A DNA stretch of 64,000 nucleotides, taken from positions 14,508,001-14,572,000 of the forward strand of contig CP158635.1 of NCBI GenBank assembly GCA_050273025.1, written 5' to 3'. A model generated the notes under the pieces. The model was not told the DNA's origin. It saw only the letters and a list, made by a program, of their open reading frames with translations, and searched no databases. The position numbers and the translations under genes were made by a program. Below are positions 36,700-50,300 of this stretch, one piece after another (position 1 is the stretch's first letter; each line of letters opens with the position of its first letter). This stretch comes from Cenococcum geophilum (taxonomy: Eukaryota).

Positions 36700-39600
36700 T
36701 TAGGCTATAGCCCTATCCCTATAGTTTCTAAAGTATAACGGAACCTTATAGCAGGTACTACGATAGGCTTATTATTAGGCTAGGTGTATAGGTAATGCAA
36801 ATTAAAGTTAATAATATAATAATAACTGGTAGAGTAGTTGCCCAATAGATTAACTCTAATTGTATTCTAAGAATTACTATAAGGAAGGAACTATCTAGGT
36901 AGGGACTAAGGGTCCTTAAATATATAACTGTACTCCTATAAAATCCTTCTTATATATAATATATATATACTCTATCTACTCTATTATGGATTATATAAAT
37001 CCTATAGATTATATAAATTACGTTATATAACTTTAGTTACTATTCCTCGTTATATAGCTCTATTGGCTCTATTCTGGACTATGCCTAAATTAACTAACTA
37101 GCTTCTTCCAACTCTTTTCTAAGTAGTTATAATATTATACTTAAAGCGTCTGTAATACTATCTCCCTCCTTTCTATCTTCGTCCTTAAAGATTTCTAATA
37201 TCTCCAAGTTGTTTACTAGAGGTGTAATATCCGTTTAATTAATTTAGTTAATATTATTGCTTATTATACCTAAAGCAATTTCTTCCTCTTTAACTGCTCG
37301 TTGTACTCGCACTATTGCTATAATATTGTCTCTTAGTGAGATTATACTATCTCTATATTCTTACTGTTTAAAAGAGGGGCTAGTTTATATTATATTGGTA
37401 AGCCTATTTTTATAATAACCGTCCTCTTATTTAGAGTGTATTAAAGCAAATATTTATTTGTCTTACGATGTTTGCTTTATCTCTAATGCTAAATATATAT
37501 AACCTATTACTCTTAATAGTTATTTAGTTCCTTAACTAATTTATTTTAAGGTCTTATATTTAATCTATTACTACGCGGCTAGATAATAAACTGTTTATTA
37601 CTCTAGCGGAGTTATACTATTCTTATAACGCTAAACGGAAGGCCGCTAATGCTTAGTAATAGGCCCTTAAGTCTTACCTTACGGCATTCGCTTAGTTAAT
37701 CCGTCTTAAAAAGGGTTATAAGAAGGTCTATTTTAAGGAGTAGAAACTTATAGAATAAGGTTTATAGGAACTTAGTAATAAAAGAACGGATCCTCTTCTG
37801 GCTAAGAAGGAAATAGATCTAAGTAATTTAGTAACTGCTCTTTTTAGGTCCCCCTTAGGTAACTTATTTTTTAGCGATCCTTTTTTATTAATACTGCCTA
37901 ACTTAATTTCTTCCAATATTCCTATACCTTTTCTATAGCGTTTTTTAGATTTTCTAATAGCTCCTAGGTAGTCTTATTATAGCCTATCTACTTTACTTTA
38001 TACTATATTTCGCCGTTAACGTCTTTATAACAAACAACCTTTAAAACTTACTATTTATCTTCTTCCTATCTTTTATACGTGTCTGCTTTATAGGCTAATG
38101 GCTTAATATTCCTATATACTAGCTCTAGTATTATAATATACTATATAGGGTAGATCTTTATTTTGGCTAGTAGGTTTAACTTAAATATAACTAGTAAAAT
38201 CCTTTACTTAATTTTAAAAGGTTTTAGTCTAACGTAGTCTAACTTCTTACTTAGTTATTAACTTTTAAAATTTTTATATAGTAGCCATACTTTATCTCCC
38301 TCCTTAAGATCTAGTCCCTTAGATCTCTTAGTATTATAGTACTTTTTTATTCTCTCTTCTACTTTCTTTACTAATTCTATAAGGTCTATATAAAGATTTA
38401 TTAATTTCTTTATTTTTTCTTTAGCTGTGTTACTTATTTTCTTTACTTACCGTAATAATAATAATAATAATAATAATAATATCCTTAGCTTATATCTATA
38501 ATTTGCCTTAAATAGTAATATACCTATTCCTTTTTATAGTGTTATATTATATATAAACTATATAACTAGTAACAATAATACCTAATTATTCTGCGCGTAA
38601 TTAATATAATATCTTAGGTACTGTTCTAGTATCTAATTTAATCTTTCCGTATAACTATCTGTCTGCGGATAATATATAGTAAAAGTTACTACTTTAACTC
38701 CTTGTTCCGCTAAGAATATCTCCTAAAATACTACTATAAATCTTAAATATCTATCTAATATAATCTTGCTTAGTACTCTATGTCTTATAAATACTTCCTT
38801 AATATAGATTCTAGCGATATCTTCTACTAATATTTCTTCTATGCATGCTATAAAGTATCTCCACTTTATAAGCTTATCTATTATTACTAAGATTGTGTTA
38901 TAATCTTATCCGGTAATAGGGTCTCTTAACTTTAGTAACTTAATAATAAAGTCCTATAATATAACCTCCTATAGTCTTTCTGGTATTTTAATAGGTTGTA
39001 GCCCTTTATATAGTTTATGCCTTATTAGTTTATTCCTCTAGCAATCTAGATATTCTTTTATAACTTTTTATGCTAAGCCCTAAATTCCATTAATAATGTA
39101 CTCCTCTTAGAGTCCTAACACTAAGCCCGTAGCTCTATTATGTCCTTAAGTTAATCCCCTACAGAAATCTTCTATAAAGTATTCTGCTATGCTTTTTAGG
39201 ATATACCTTACCTCTTAATTTTTATATATATCCATCTATAGATCTTCTAGTTATACTTTTAGAATTCTTTATACCTAAAAGCTCTCTAGTAACTCGTAAA
39301 TTCTATCTAGTTTTTCTTAAGTTACTATAATTTTTGGATAATTATACCTAATTAGTCTATCTATATCTTTTCGCAGTAAAGCCCCTAATAGCTTTTTATT
39401 ATTTTATAGTTTAGCCTTTTAACTTAGAGCGTCTGCTTATATATTATCTGTTCCCTTAATATACTAAATCTTAAAATAGTATTCTATAAGTATCTCTGCC
39501 TATCTAACCTATCTTTAGTTAAGTTCCTTTATTATTAGGAATCCTATTAGGTTCTTATAATCTATCTTAACTATAAATAGTTTCTCTATACCTTATAAGA

Positions 39601-40445
39601 ATGCTCTCTATTCCTTTAGTGCTGTAACTATACCTAATAACTCTTTGTTATAGATGTCATAGTTTAACTTTAGTAGTGTTATCTTCCGACTATAATATGC
39701 TACTAAGTGCTATCTATCTTAATATTTTTATATAAAGCACGCCCCTAGTATAAAGTCTAATATATCCGTTTTTATAACCGTTTCTAGCCCTAGTTAATAG
39801 ATTTTAAGAACTAGCTCCTAGGTAAATAACTTTTTAACTTCCTTAAATAATTTTTATTGTTCCTCTCCCTATGCCCATAGTTCTTTTTTCTTTATTAATT
39901 GCGTAAATAGTTTAATATCCTTTAACTATTGCGCTATAAACCGTCTACAGTAATTACAAAACCCTAGGAATAATCTTAACTGCGTAACGTTCTTTAGTTC
40001 TTGCTAATTTACTATAGCTTTAATCTTTTTTGGATCTATACTAAGTTGGCCTAGTTTAATAATAAATCTGATAAAATTGGTCTTCCTGGTAAAGAACTCG
40101 CATTTCTTAATTACTACTAGCATTTGTTCTTCTTATAGTCTCTTTAAGACCTATTTAACGTGTTTTTCGTACTCTTCCTTAGTTATTAAGTAGATGATAA
40201 TATCGTTAAGATATGCCATAATAAATTCATCTAAGTGTTCTTCCAATATATTGTTAATACGTTTCTAGAATGTCGCTAGTGCGTTTATAAGCCCGAATTG
40301 TATAACCAATAGTTTATATAGCCCTTCCTTTAACCTAAAGGCTGCTCCCCACTCGTCGCCTTCTTTAATCCTAATCTGATGGTACGCCTATCTTAGATTT
40401 ATCTTTATAAAGATTTACGGTTAGAGCCATTACCATTAGTTATTA
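36700..40445 (-). mobile_element. Gypsy pol fragment (RT, RNase H, integrase, chromodomain-like end), RIPed
   Basis: Minus strand: [18 protein letters not shown]...[11 protein letters not shown]...AYL(D)DIIIY (40190-40390) and integrase (H)PQTDS(Q)TERLN(Q)ILEQYLR (about 38610-38675). The left boundary is approximate. Confidence 0.85.
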
Positions 40446-43170
40446 ATCCTTAGAAGACTACGTTTTTAGCCTTTAATAAAGGCAAAAAGGAAGAGCTTTA
40501 AGCTTTACAAAAATATTATAACCGTGCTTATAAGCGGTATAAGAAAAAGGAAGCAGCCCTTAAGTCTTTACGCACCTATATTATTAGCACTATTTCCTAT
40601 AACTATATTAACTATACCTTTAAAGGAAATACCGTCTACAATATCTTTATATTACTTAAGTAGGTAGTTACTCTAACCAATAACGCTTAAAAGGTTAATC
40701 TAGCTACCTAATATTTAAAAATAAAGAAAGCCCTAAAGAGTTAGAATATTAAAAAGTAGCTCCGTAAGTAGGAGAAGGTATATAATAACTATAAGAAGGT
40801 TAAACTACCTAAGGTAGATAGCGATTAACTAGTTAAGGACTTTATATATACCGTTAAATCTATCTTATTAGGATAGTTAAAATACTAGAAAAACAAATTA
40901 TAGAACCTTAAGAGGAAGAAGGAAAAACTACCTACCCTTTAAGTTATTATTAAGGTCTATTAAAATTATTATTAATTAGACTTAGCTTAAAAGGCAAGGA
41001 GCTAGTAGGGCTCCTATATAGCAAGCTTTAAAAGAGAGCTAATTAATAAGCCTAAATTAGAAACTAAACCAGAAGCTAAATCTTTAAAAAGGTTAGATAA
41101 GGAATAGACAAAGCCGTGCCTATATAGATTGCTATACCTATAAAGGAAATGCTTCTATCTTATTAAGTTAATTTAACCATTAGGTTAAAAACTAAATAAC
41201 TTAAAAATATAGTTAGTAGAGCAGAAGCTTGCTAAGGCTTTATCTAAATTTAAGGCCTTAATTAACTAATTAAGGAGCCAAGCCTTATCTAATAAGAAGT
41301 TAGAAAATATAGAGAATATAGAGTAGAAGAGCTTACCTAGTAAACTACATAGAAGCTTTGCAGTTAATTAAGCTAGAGCTTATATTATATCTAATTACAC
41401 TCTCCGTAATAGTATAATTTTTAACCCTATAATAACCCTATATATTATTAATAACTAAGTAAAATTTATAGGTAATATCTAACTAGCTAGTAATTAGTTA
41501 TATATAGGATCTAATATAGAAACTATTAAAGGCTTTAGAATAGCTAAAGTTACAATTATTACCCTATTAGGAAAGTAGAAGATTTATCTAAATAAGGCTG
41601 CGTATATATTAGGATTTTACATAAATCTAATCTATAATTAAAGACTTAATAAAAAAGGTGTCTTTTGGCATAATAAGGGCAACTACCTTTACCGTCATGG
41701 TGGCGAGAAGTTTGTATATTGTAGATATTACTATAGTTAGATAACCCTTAAATATAACAAATTAAAGCCAAGGACGGAGGACGCATTCTTTACGACTAAA
41801 TTAACGGAACCTTTACCAAATTAAAAGGTAGACGGACGACTTTAGCATAGTTAACTCGGATATATAGGAAGTACTACTATTAAGCAATTACCTAAGGAAG
41901 TGACTAAGGCGATTCTGTAAGGCCCTATAATAATTAAATATAAGACCTATATAGCTAGCAAAGCTTATAAGATTATATTAAGAAGGATACCTATAAATAA
42001 GGTAATAAGGCCCTTCTACCGTATATACATAGATTTAATTTAGGAAATTAAAGCCTATAATAAATATAAATACGTAATATATTTTCTTAATAATCTAACA
42101 TAAATAAATAAGGTTAAGATATTTGCGTAGAAGTTATTAACTACCTAAGCAATTATTAAGTATTATAATATAATTAAGCAACGCTACAGCTTTAAAGTTG
42201 CTATAATTTATATTAATAACAAGTTATCGCTTAGAAATAAGTTCGATAACTAAATAGCTAAAAAGGGTATTACAGTAGAGTACTTAGCTCTAAGTATACT
42301 AGAATAGAATAGTCTTATAAAACGTTTTAGGGGGGTAATTATAATAAAGTCTTAATATATGCAAATTAAAGTATAACTACTAGAAGAACTCTGGCCTAAA
42401 GTCTTTAAAGTAATAGTGTATATAATAAATAGAACACTAAGCCAACGGCTTAACTAAAAGACGCCCTTTAAAAAGCTTTAATTAGTAATAGGTCTCTTAC
42501 TAACTAAGCTAAATATAGCTTACTTATATGCCTACGGCTATAGAGCATACCTACTTAAATATAATATTCTTTATACCTAAAAGCTTACTCCTAGAGCCCA
42601 TATTAGGTATCTAATAGGGTATAATTTAACAAATATCTTTTAAATATATATACTAAGTAAAGGGAAGGTAATTTATATAAGAGACGTTATATTTAATAAA
42701 CAACTCGTTTATAATAATAGCTAGCTAAATCTAGTAAATTTGCTTTAGGAGAAAGCTAATTAAATACTAGAAGTAATTAATATAATTAACCCTAATAGGA
42801 CGCTCTAGGAAGACCTAGCAGATAATATAAGTAAAGATAATAAGATTCCAGATAAAATTTAAGTTAAAAATAATAAAAATTAACGCGTAGATTCTTGTAA
42901 AAATTAGGACCGTAAGGAGCTAGATACTTAAGGCGATGACGTAATTATAGTAGATACCTTTAAAACCAATCTACCTAGCCTTCCTATACTAAAATTAACG
43001 CTAGAGCCTTAATTGATTCCTATTAATATAGAATCCTTAAGCACACTAAGTACCTCTAGATCCTCCGCTTTATTAACCTATTAACGCCCTAGTTTTAAGT
43101 ACATTAAAATTAACCTAGAGAAGTTAAGGAAAAAGAACTTAGCTAAGGTCTCTAAGAACAATATTATATA

Positions 43171-46100
43171 TTATTATTATTTATTGCTTAACGTCCGATT
43201 CGGATCCCTATTAGGCCTACACGGACTACTCCTTATATACATATGGGGAGAAAACTCTATTTAAGAAAACCCTATAATCTATCTCCCCGCCTTTTGGGAC
43301 TCGCCTATAGGGCGCCTATAAGGCGCCTGCGAGTCACCTATAGTGCTCTACTACCTTACTTTTTGACCTCCTTAGGAACCACTGCTGCCGTAATAAGCCT
43401 ACGGATACGCTAGTATCGCAAACTTTACTCTACTACTGTAGAGTTATTAGGGGGCGCCCGTTGCTCGCCCCTTTTGCCCTTTATTGCTATTTCCCTTGTA
43501 ACCCAGAACTGGTTTAATACATTTTGGTTAATAAGCCACTGGGTAACCGCCTTAAGGCCTTTTTATATTAAGAGTAGTATGTTATAGTTTTCTGTGCCAG
43601 CTACTAAGAGTATTATTTCTTGGTTGGTGCGTAAGGGGCATAATAGTATTATATATTTTGGTGTCTGTTTTAGCTAGCTATATTTACATCTTAGGCTACC
43701 TATTAGGATACCTACCTAGTAGAGCTAGTCTTTTAGTCCTATTATTTCTGTTCTTAAGAGTGTTGCTATTATATTTTTTGCCTTTGTTAGGCCTTCTTGG
43801 AGCCCTAGAGTATTTACCCCCTATGGCATTAACTATGCTACGGCTTAGGTTCCTCTTGCCTTAGTTAGCCTCTATACCTTTAACTCCTATACGCCTCTCT
43901 AGCGTTAATTCAGCCAGTATTATATTGCGGTAGATAGTTTCCTAGCGTTCTTTTATGCTCTACTTTAGCTCCTTTCTCTCTCTTACTGTTGTTTTTACTA
44001 GCCTCTTACACGTCTCCCTTCCTCCTCTATATAGGCCTAGGCCCTAAAGCAGCACTATTCTTCTTCTACTTTCTTTACCTATTTCTCTAATATATCTTCC
44101 CTACTTTAGGGTTGTTAGTTTATTCTCCTATAGGGCGCCCTAGGGTCCCTCTATAGTTTATTTAGGCGTGTCTTGATATACTTTGTGATATTAGAGTTAC
44201 GTTTATTTTACGCCCTTTATATTACAGCGGCTTTAATATATAGTTATAGGGGGGGAATATTAGCTTCCTTTTTAAGTAGTGCTGTGGCCATTCGCTTATA
44301 TCCGCCTATTATACTTCAGAGGTAGGCTGTTTAGACCTTTTGAAGTGGTTTAAGGAGCAATTTAAGGGGGCCTTTCTTAGATTCTCTAATGGCCCAAATA
44401 CTAGACCTATACGTATAGTTGGCCAGATAACTGCTGTATATAGTAGGCGTGACCTCTAAAAGCATAGACCCTATATAGAATTAACGATCCTAGATAATGC
44501 GATGTACTATATTTAGCCCTTACGGGCCGCTTGCGCTGTATATACGCTCTACCGGAGCTTGCTATCTACCTATACTCCTAATACCCTTAGGCCCTAAACT
44601 AGTTAACCCCTAAAGCCTTAGATGCGAATTATATACTAGAGATCTATAAATTGGTTGCGTTTTCTTATAAAGTAGATTAACTGGTATTTCTTTGGTAAGA
44701 ATTAGACTCTATATCGTCTTGCCTATTCTATATAGGTATTATAAGCTTTCTCTAGTATTCTGCAATTCTCTACGGCTATTAGCCTATATGTAATTAGGTT
44801 TATATTATTAACGAAGCCTATCCCTTAGGTCGCCCCTTCCTTGAAAAAGTTAAGTAGGTTGCTTATAAAGAAAAGGAAGAGTATAGGTAAGAGGGGTAAT
44901 TCTTGTGGTATTTCTGTTATAACTGTGATAGGGGGGCTCTAGTATCCGCTAAAGACTAGTAATATTTCTTTCTAACCTATAAACCCTTAAATAAATTGTA
45001 TAATCTATTCTAGGAAGCCTTTTGCCCTAAGGATGTATAGGAGACGCTTATAGGGTATATTATTATAGGCGCCGCTAATATCTAGGCTAAGTATTAATAC
45101 TATAAAGTCTCTTCGCATCGCCCATACGGATTTAATAGTGGCAGTAAGTAGCGTAAGTGCTAATAGTGTTAAGCGGTTCTTTCTTGCCCCCATTTAGCTT
45201 TGTGGTAGTAGGTTGTATTCCTTAGCCGTGTCTATTATATAGTCCGCTATTACCTTTTCTAAGATCTTACTAAGGGTGTTTTCTAAGGCAATAGGGCGGT
45301 AGCTTCCTGGGATTAAGTAATTTGCTTTACCTTCTTTCTATAAAACAACCGTCATTATAGATCTTCCGAGTTGTAGGTAGTAGCCTATAGCAAAGTATGC
45401 CCTAGCTATATTTATAAGCTAGGGTGCTATAAATAGTTTATAGGTTTTTAAGGCCTTATTTAGAATCCTATCTAGTCCTAGTACTATATTATTTAAAAGG
45501 TGGCTAATAGTTCTAGCCATTTCCTCTGTTGTTATGTCGCTGTTGACCCTTAGGCGAGTCACCGGTGTTTTACCTGTGATGTCGCTGAGGTCTACCGGAG
45601 CCGGTTGGGGGAAAAACCTCTCTATAAGGATCTTTGCCTTCTTATCGTTGTTATTAATAGCCTATAATTCCCCTACTCTTTATAGGGGTGGTAGGTATAG
45701 GTCTTCTGCTAAGCGCCCTACCTTTTTCTTTACCCATTTTGCTATAGCCCAAAGGCCCTTATTATAGGGGAGGCTCGGGTTAAAAGTGTGCTCGTTTATA
45801 AACCGTCTCCAGTTGTTCCTTACTTCTTTCTTTAGGGTATTCTTTAACTAGTTTCTCGTGTCTTTATATCGTCTCTCGTCTTTAGGGTTATAGCTGCTTA
45901 TATATTTCCTTCTTGCTCGTCGTTAGCTAGTAATAAGAACTGTATATTATACGGACCATGCGTATTACGCATAGGGGCCCGGTTTTAAGACCGGGCAGTA
46001 CTCTTCTAGCCTATTTTTAATTGCTACCTAGATCCTTTTTAGTCTTTAGTTAATTTCCTTAGGGGTGGCTAATAAGCCTCGCTTGTTTGGAATTAGGTGG

Positions 46101-47025
46101 ATTTCTTCTAGGTCTTAGAGTTGTTATTTAACTATATTAAGGAAACTGTCTATCTTAAGCTTCCTTATTGCGTATCTTTTACTACTTAGTTACGCCTTAA
46201 TATCCAAATCTAGCTGTATCTAGATAGGGATATAGTCTAAGGCAAGTGCCTATTCTTCTTTAGGGTTATACCTTTTAAGTCTCTAGTATAGGCCTTCGTC
46301 CATAAATATAAGGTTAATTATACTTCTAGAGGTTCCTCATTACTATATAGTTGCTCCTAGGGGGGTAGCCAACTTAAGGCCCCAGGTGTCTATAGCTCTT
46401 AGTAGGCACTCTACCTATTAATTAGCAGCAATATGGATACCCCCCCACCACGGGTGGTAGAGGTTTATGTCTCCTAATAGGATAGACTCTATACCTTCGG
46501 TTTCTAGCAAGCTTATTACTGATATAATATTCTCTGTTTGTGGGACTCCTTTAACCCTAGGGTTATACACATTAATGATTTGTACCGGTCCCCTATATAT
46601 CTAGATTATTACAACTGCAATATCTAGGTTAACTGCCTGCTATAACTATAAGGATAGGCTGATAGCCTTACTAATTATAAAGTATACGCGTATAGCTGCT
46701 TTTAGTTCATATAGGAGCTGGAATCCTTAGGGGCAGTATATTGATTATATATAGGTATTATAGTACGGCTCTTATATGGCAAGGATATGGTGTTTCTCTG
46801 GGTCTAGACTGTCTAGTAAAGGCCTTGCAAGACGGTGGTTTGTGTTGCCGCAGTTGTACTATATAATGGATAGGTGGCGGACCCCCGGCAAGGGTCCTTC
46901 GCCTCTCCTTCGTTCCTCGCTTCTTCTATTTCTACTTTCTCTAGGATATTCAGAACTTCTGTCTCTTGTGTTTATACCCTGGTTACTACTCATTTTGTGT
47001 AGAGCTTTCCATTCCCGTATCTTGT
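43171..47025 (-). mobile_element. Tad1-like LINE family L1, 5'-truncated (whole ORF2: APE endonuclease, RT, CCHC), RIPed
   Basis: TSD AACAATATTATATA (43157-70, 47026-39) and a (TAA)n tail. Motifs: IIQYNC-like and ILAI(Q)EP, ILLGDINL(H)HPWWGG (endonuclease), SYRPIALENTL, SLDISGAY, IPQ...PL(S)PILF, GFV(DD). Confidence 0.93.
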
Positions 47026-47391
47026 AACAATATTATATAAGGAAGAAAATTAAAGAAGCCAATAAAGCAAAATAAAGCTTATTTAACTTACCTTAAAGAA
47101 GTAAACACCTTCTAACCATTTTAAGCAGCCTTTTATACAGGGCTTAAATATTAAAGGAAAATATATTATAATAAGCTTCTACCTCTGCCTAAGAATTAGA
47201 AGGAGCTACTAATTTACTAATATAAAGTAAAGTTCTTAGCAGCTACTATAAAGGAGTATATAGACCTAGATAATTGTAAAACGTTTAAAGCCGTAAATAA
47301 GATACTATTTATTAAAACGGTACCTATTATATAGGTATTTATATATAAAACGGACACTAATAGATACCTAATAAAATTTAAAGCCTGACTT

Positions 47392-50300
47392 TGTAACGGC
47401 GCTATCGGCGCTATCGCACGTTACCTATCAAATTCTGCCATATTCTGCCGACCTGCAATTAGCCCGCCCAAAGCTAGCGCCTTAGCGGCTCACCCTATAT
47501 ATTTATTTACACCGGCCTTAGCAACCCCTTTTCCTTCTCTTTAGCTTAGTATCTTCGTAATATAGTATTCTATAAGCTTTAGTTTAGAGGCATTTATATA
47601 AGCCGTAACATTATACTAAGCTTACCCTACCTTGCCTAGGAAGGCCTTAATAATATCCTACCCCAAAAAAAACTTCGTCTGCAATGACGCGTTAACGCGC
47701 TATACTTAGATACTAAAACAACTCTACCTTACCTAGGAAGGCCTTAATAATATTCTACCTTATAAGCCAGATAGGACTGGATCTATACCCCCGGAATTAA
47801 AACTAAAGCGTATAATACTAATAAACCTTAGGAAGCTAATAATGGCACTTAAAGTAAGCTTATTTAAGAGAGCTACTTTTACTTAAGAGGAACCTAAGAT
47901 CTAATTAGGATTAGAAATTAAAGATAATAATAACGTTGTAGATGTACGTAAGTAGATTCGCGCCCTTATAGCTAGCTAGAAAGCCGATTATTTTAAAGTA
48001 AGAAATATATAAGAGACTCTATAAGAGATCCTAAAAAGCCTTACAGCCCTATAAAATAGCCTAGCTTTCCCTTTTTAAAGCCCTAGCTAACCTAGTTACT
48101 TTACTAAATATAATATACTAGGGAGTATAGATATAATAATAAAGTAATTAAAGTCTATTAAGCCCCCTAACCCCCTATTACTATTTAATAGGATAGACCC
48201 TACTTTTAAGAATTAGAGGATTTAAGTATAAGGAAAGCTCCGCGTTAATTATAACTATTTCCTTTCTAAAGAAGCTAAAATACTCTACCTCTTTAGCCGA
48301 ACCACTAGGGACGCCTAACAGCACCTCTAAGCCAAGTTTAAGGATAATTCCCCTGTCTAATTTATATCTATTAATAAGATAATATAGTACCTAGCGGCTA
48401 TCTATATTAACCTAAACAAAGAATAAAATGCCTAGTATAACTATAATTACCTAATAATAAAACTAAACTAACTCTTTACTAAATTTTAGACTTAATTCCT
48501 ACACCTTACGGAAGAAGGCTAGGTTTCCCTTAAGAACTACCGATTAGACCTATACGATAAGCTAATAATTTAGCTATAAGAGAAGATTGCTATAACCTTA
48601 GATAACCTACTAACTTATAACAGACTCGCAGCTTATTGCCTATTATTAGACTTAGAACTAAAGCGGATTAAAGCCTATTCTAATTAGTAGAAGCAACTCT
48701 ATAGCGATTGGAACTCGCTAGCTATATTTATAGGAGCTAGAGTAGAAAGATAAGTTACGATTACTTTTATACTAAAAGTGGTTATAACTACGTACTAGCG
48801 AGCAACGCCTAACTAGTTATGTATTACGCCATTAACTAATATTTGCTGCAATACTCTAATTAACTCTACCTTGGCTATATGCTATAACTATAATAAGGAG
48901 GGTTACTTTGCCTTATTTTGCCCGGAGCTAAAGGATATAGGCGATATTAAGGAGATAGAGGAAGGAGAAACGTTTAATAAGTTGGGAAATGTAACGGGAC
49001 TAGCCTAGTTATAGTAGGAATGTCTCGGTGAAATACTTAATAGATGAATTCCGACGCTTTGACCAAAATCTGCTAGATTAATCGAATTACCGAAGTCCGT
49101 TAAAGACCGTGTGCGTATATGTGTACGCATTGACCACTAAGCCCCTGACTATTTAATTATATAATTCTCTTGTTATTCCTTTCTTTTCTTTACGCAACGT
49201 CTTGTTCTTAGCGAGAGCTATATACCCTTAGATTTAGATAGAATTTATATTATTCCTTTAAATCTTCCCTAAAGTCCCTTCGCGCCCTTATATTATGTTG
49301 CGTTAATATTAATACCCTTAAAATGGCAAATAAACTTAAATCCGCTACGTTAACTATTATGGCCCTAGTTAGGGAATAAATGACTATAATATAATAGTCC
49401 TTTATGGATGCCTTGGCCTAGTAACGAACTATACTAGAAGCTTAGTATTAGTAATTAATTAAAGTAATATGTAAAGAACTCTATAACGCTAAAGTACTCA
49501 CGTTAGAGACCCTAACAGTAACACCTATAAATGAAATTAAAATAACTGTATGCGAATTTAACCTATCGAATACGAACCCTAAATTAGTAATAGTAGCTTA
49601 ACCTATACCTACAATAAACCCGGTACCTACTATAAAATCTAAAAAGCTCCCCGACCCTCTAATGTTTAATAGAAATTAAAATAACCTATATCCCTTTATA
49701 ACTAAGCTCCGTCTTAAACTTTTAACAAACTATAACTAATACCCTACTAAAGCTAGCAAGATTAGCTATAGAATATCCCGTTTAAATAAAGACGCTATAT
49801 AAACTATGGACCTATTCTTCCGTAATAGCACCTTTATTAATTTTAAAATCTTTATCTCTCTACTAGAATGAATGTATAATAACGCTAGCTGTAAATATAC
49901 AGCTATTACTAAACTTAAAAACCTATAATAACGGAACTAAGACTTTACCAGCTTTTTTTCGGAATTTTTAGGCCTTATTAGTGAACTGGATTAGAATAAA
50001 GCCGCTAGAGTTACTGCTCTCTGCTAAGCTATTTTAGATAAAATTAGAGTATAGTTAGTAGGTAGAGAACTGCTAAAGGACTTACCCAAATTTGCTATAA
50101 TATGTTAACGAATTAATAAGGACTTTTAATATAATAAATAGACTCGTTCCCTAAAGCCAACCATATCTTATATTTAAAACTCTATAAAACCGGTATATAC
50201 TTTAAAGCGCGATCCGTTTCTAAGACCTAAAAGCCCTATATATAACCCTATAGACCTTAATGCCACCCGATCCTATATACTCTTAGGAATTAATAAATAA

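Noticed and set aside
38453..38480. (TAA)n run inside Gypsy integrase as a separate LINE insertion
   Set aside because: No LINE body or clear TSD; treated as a microsatellite expansion.
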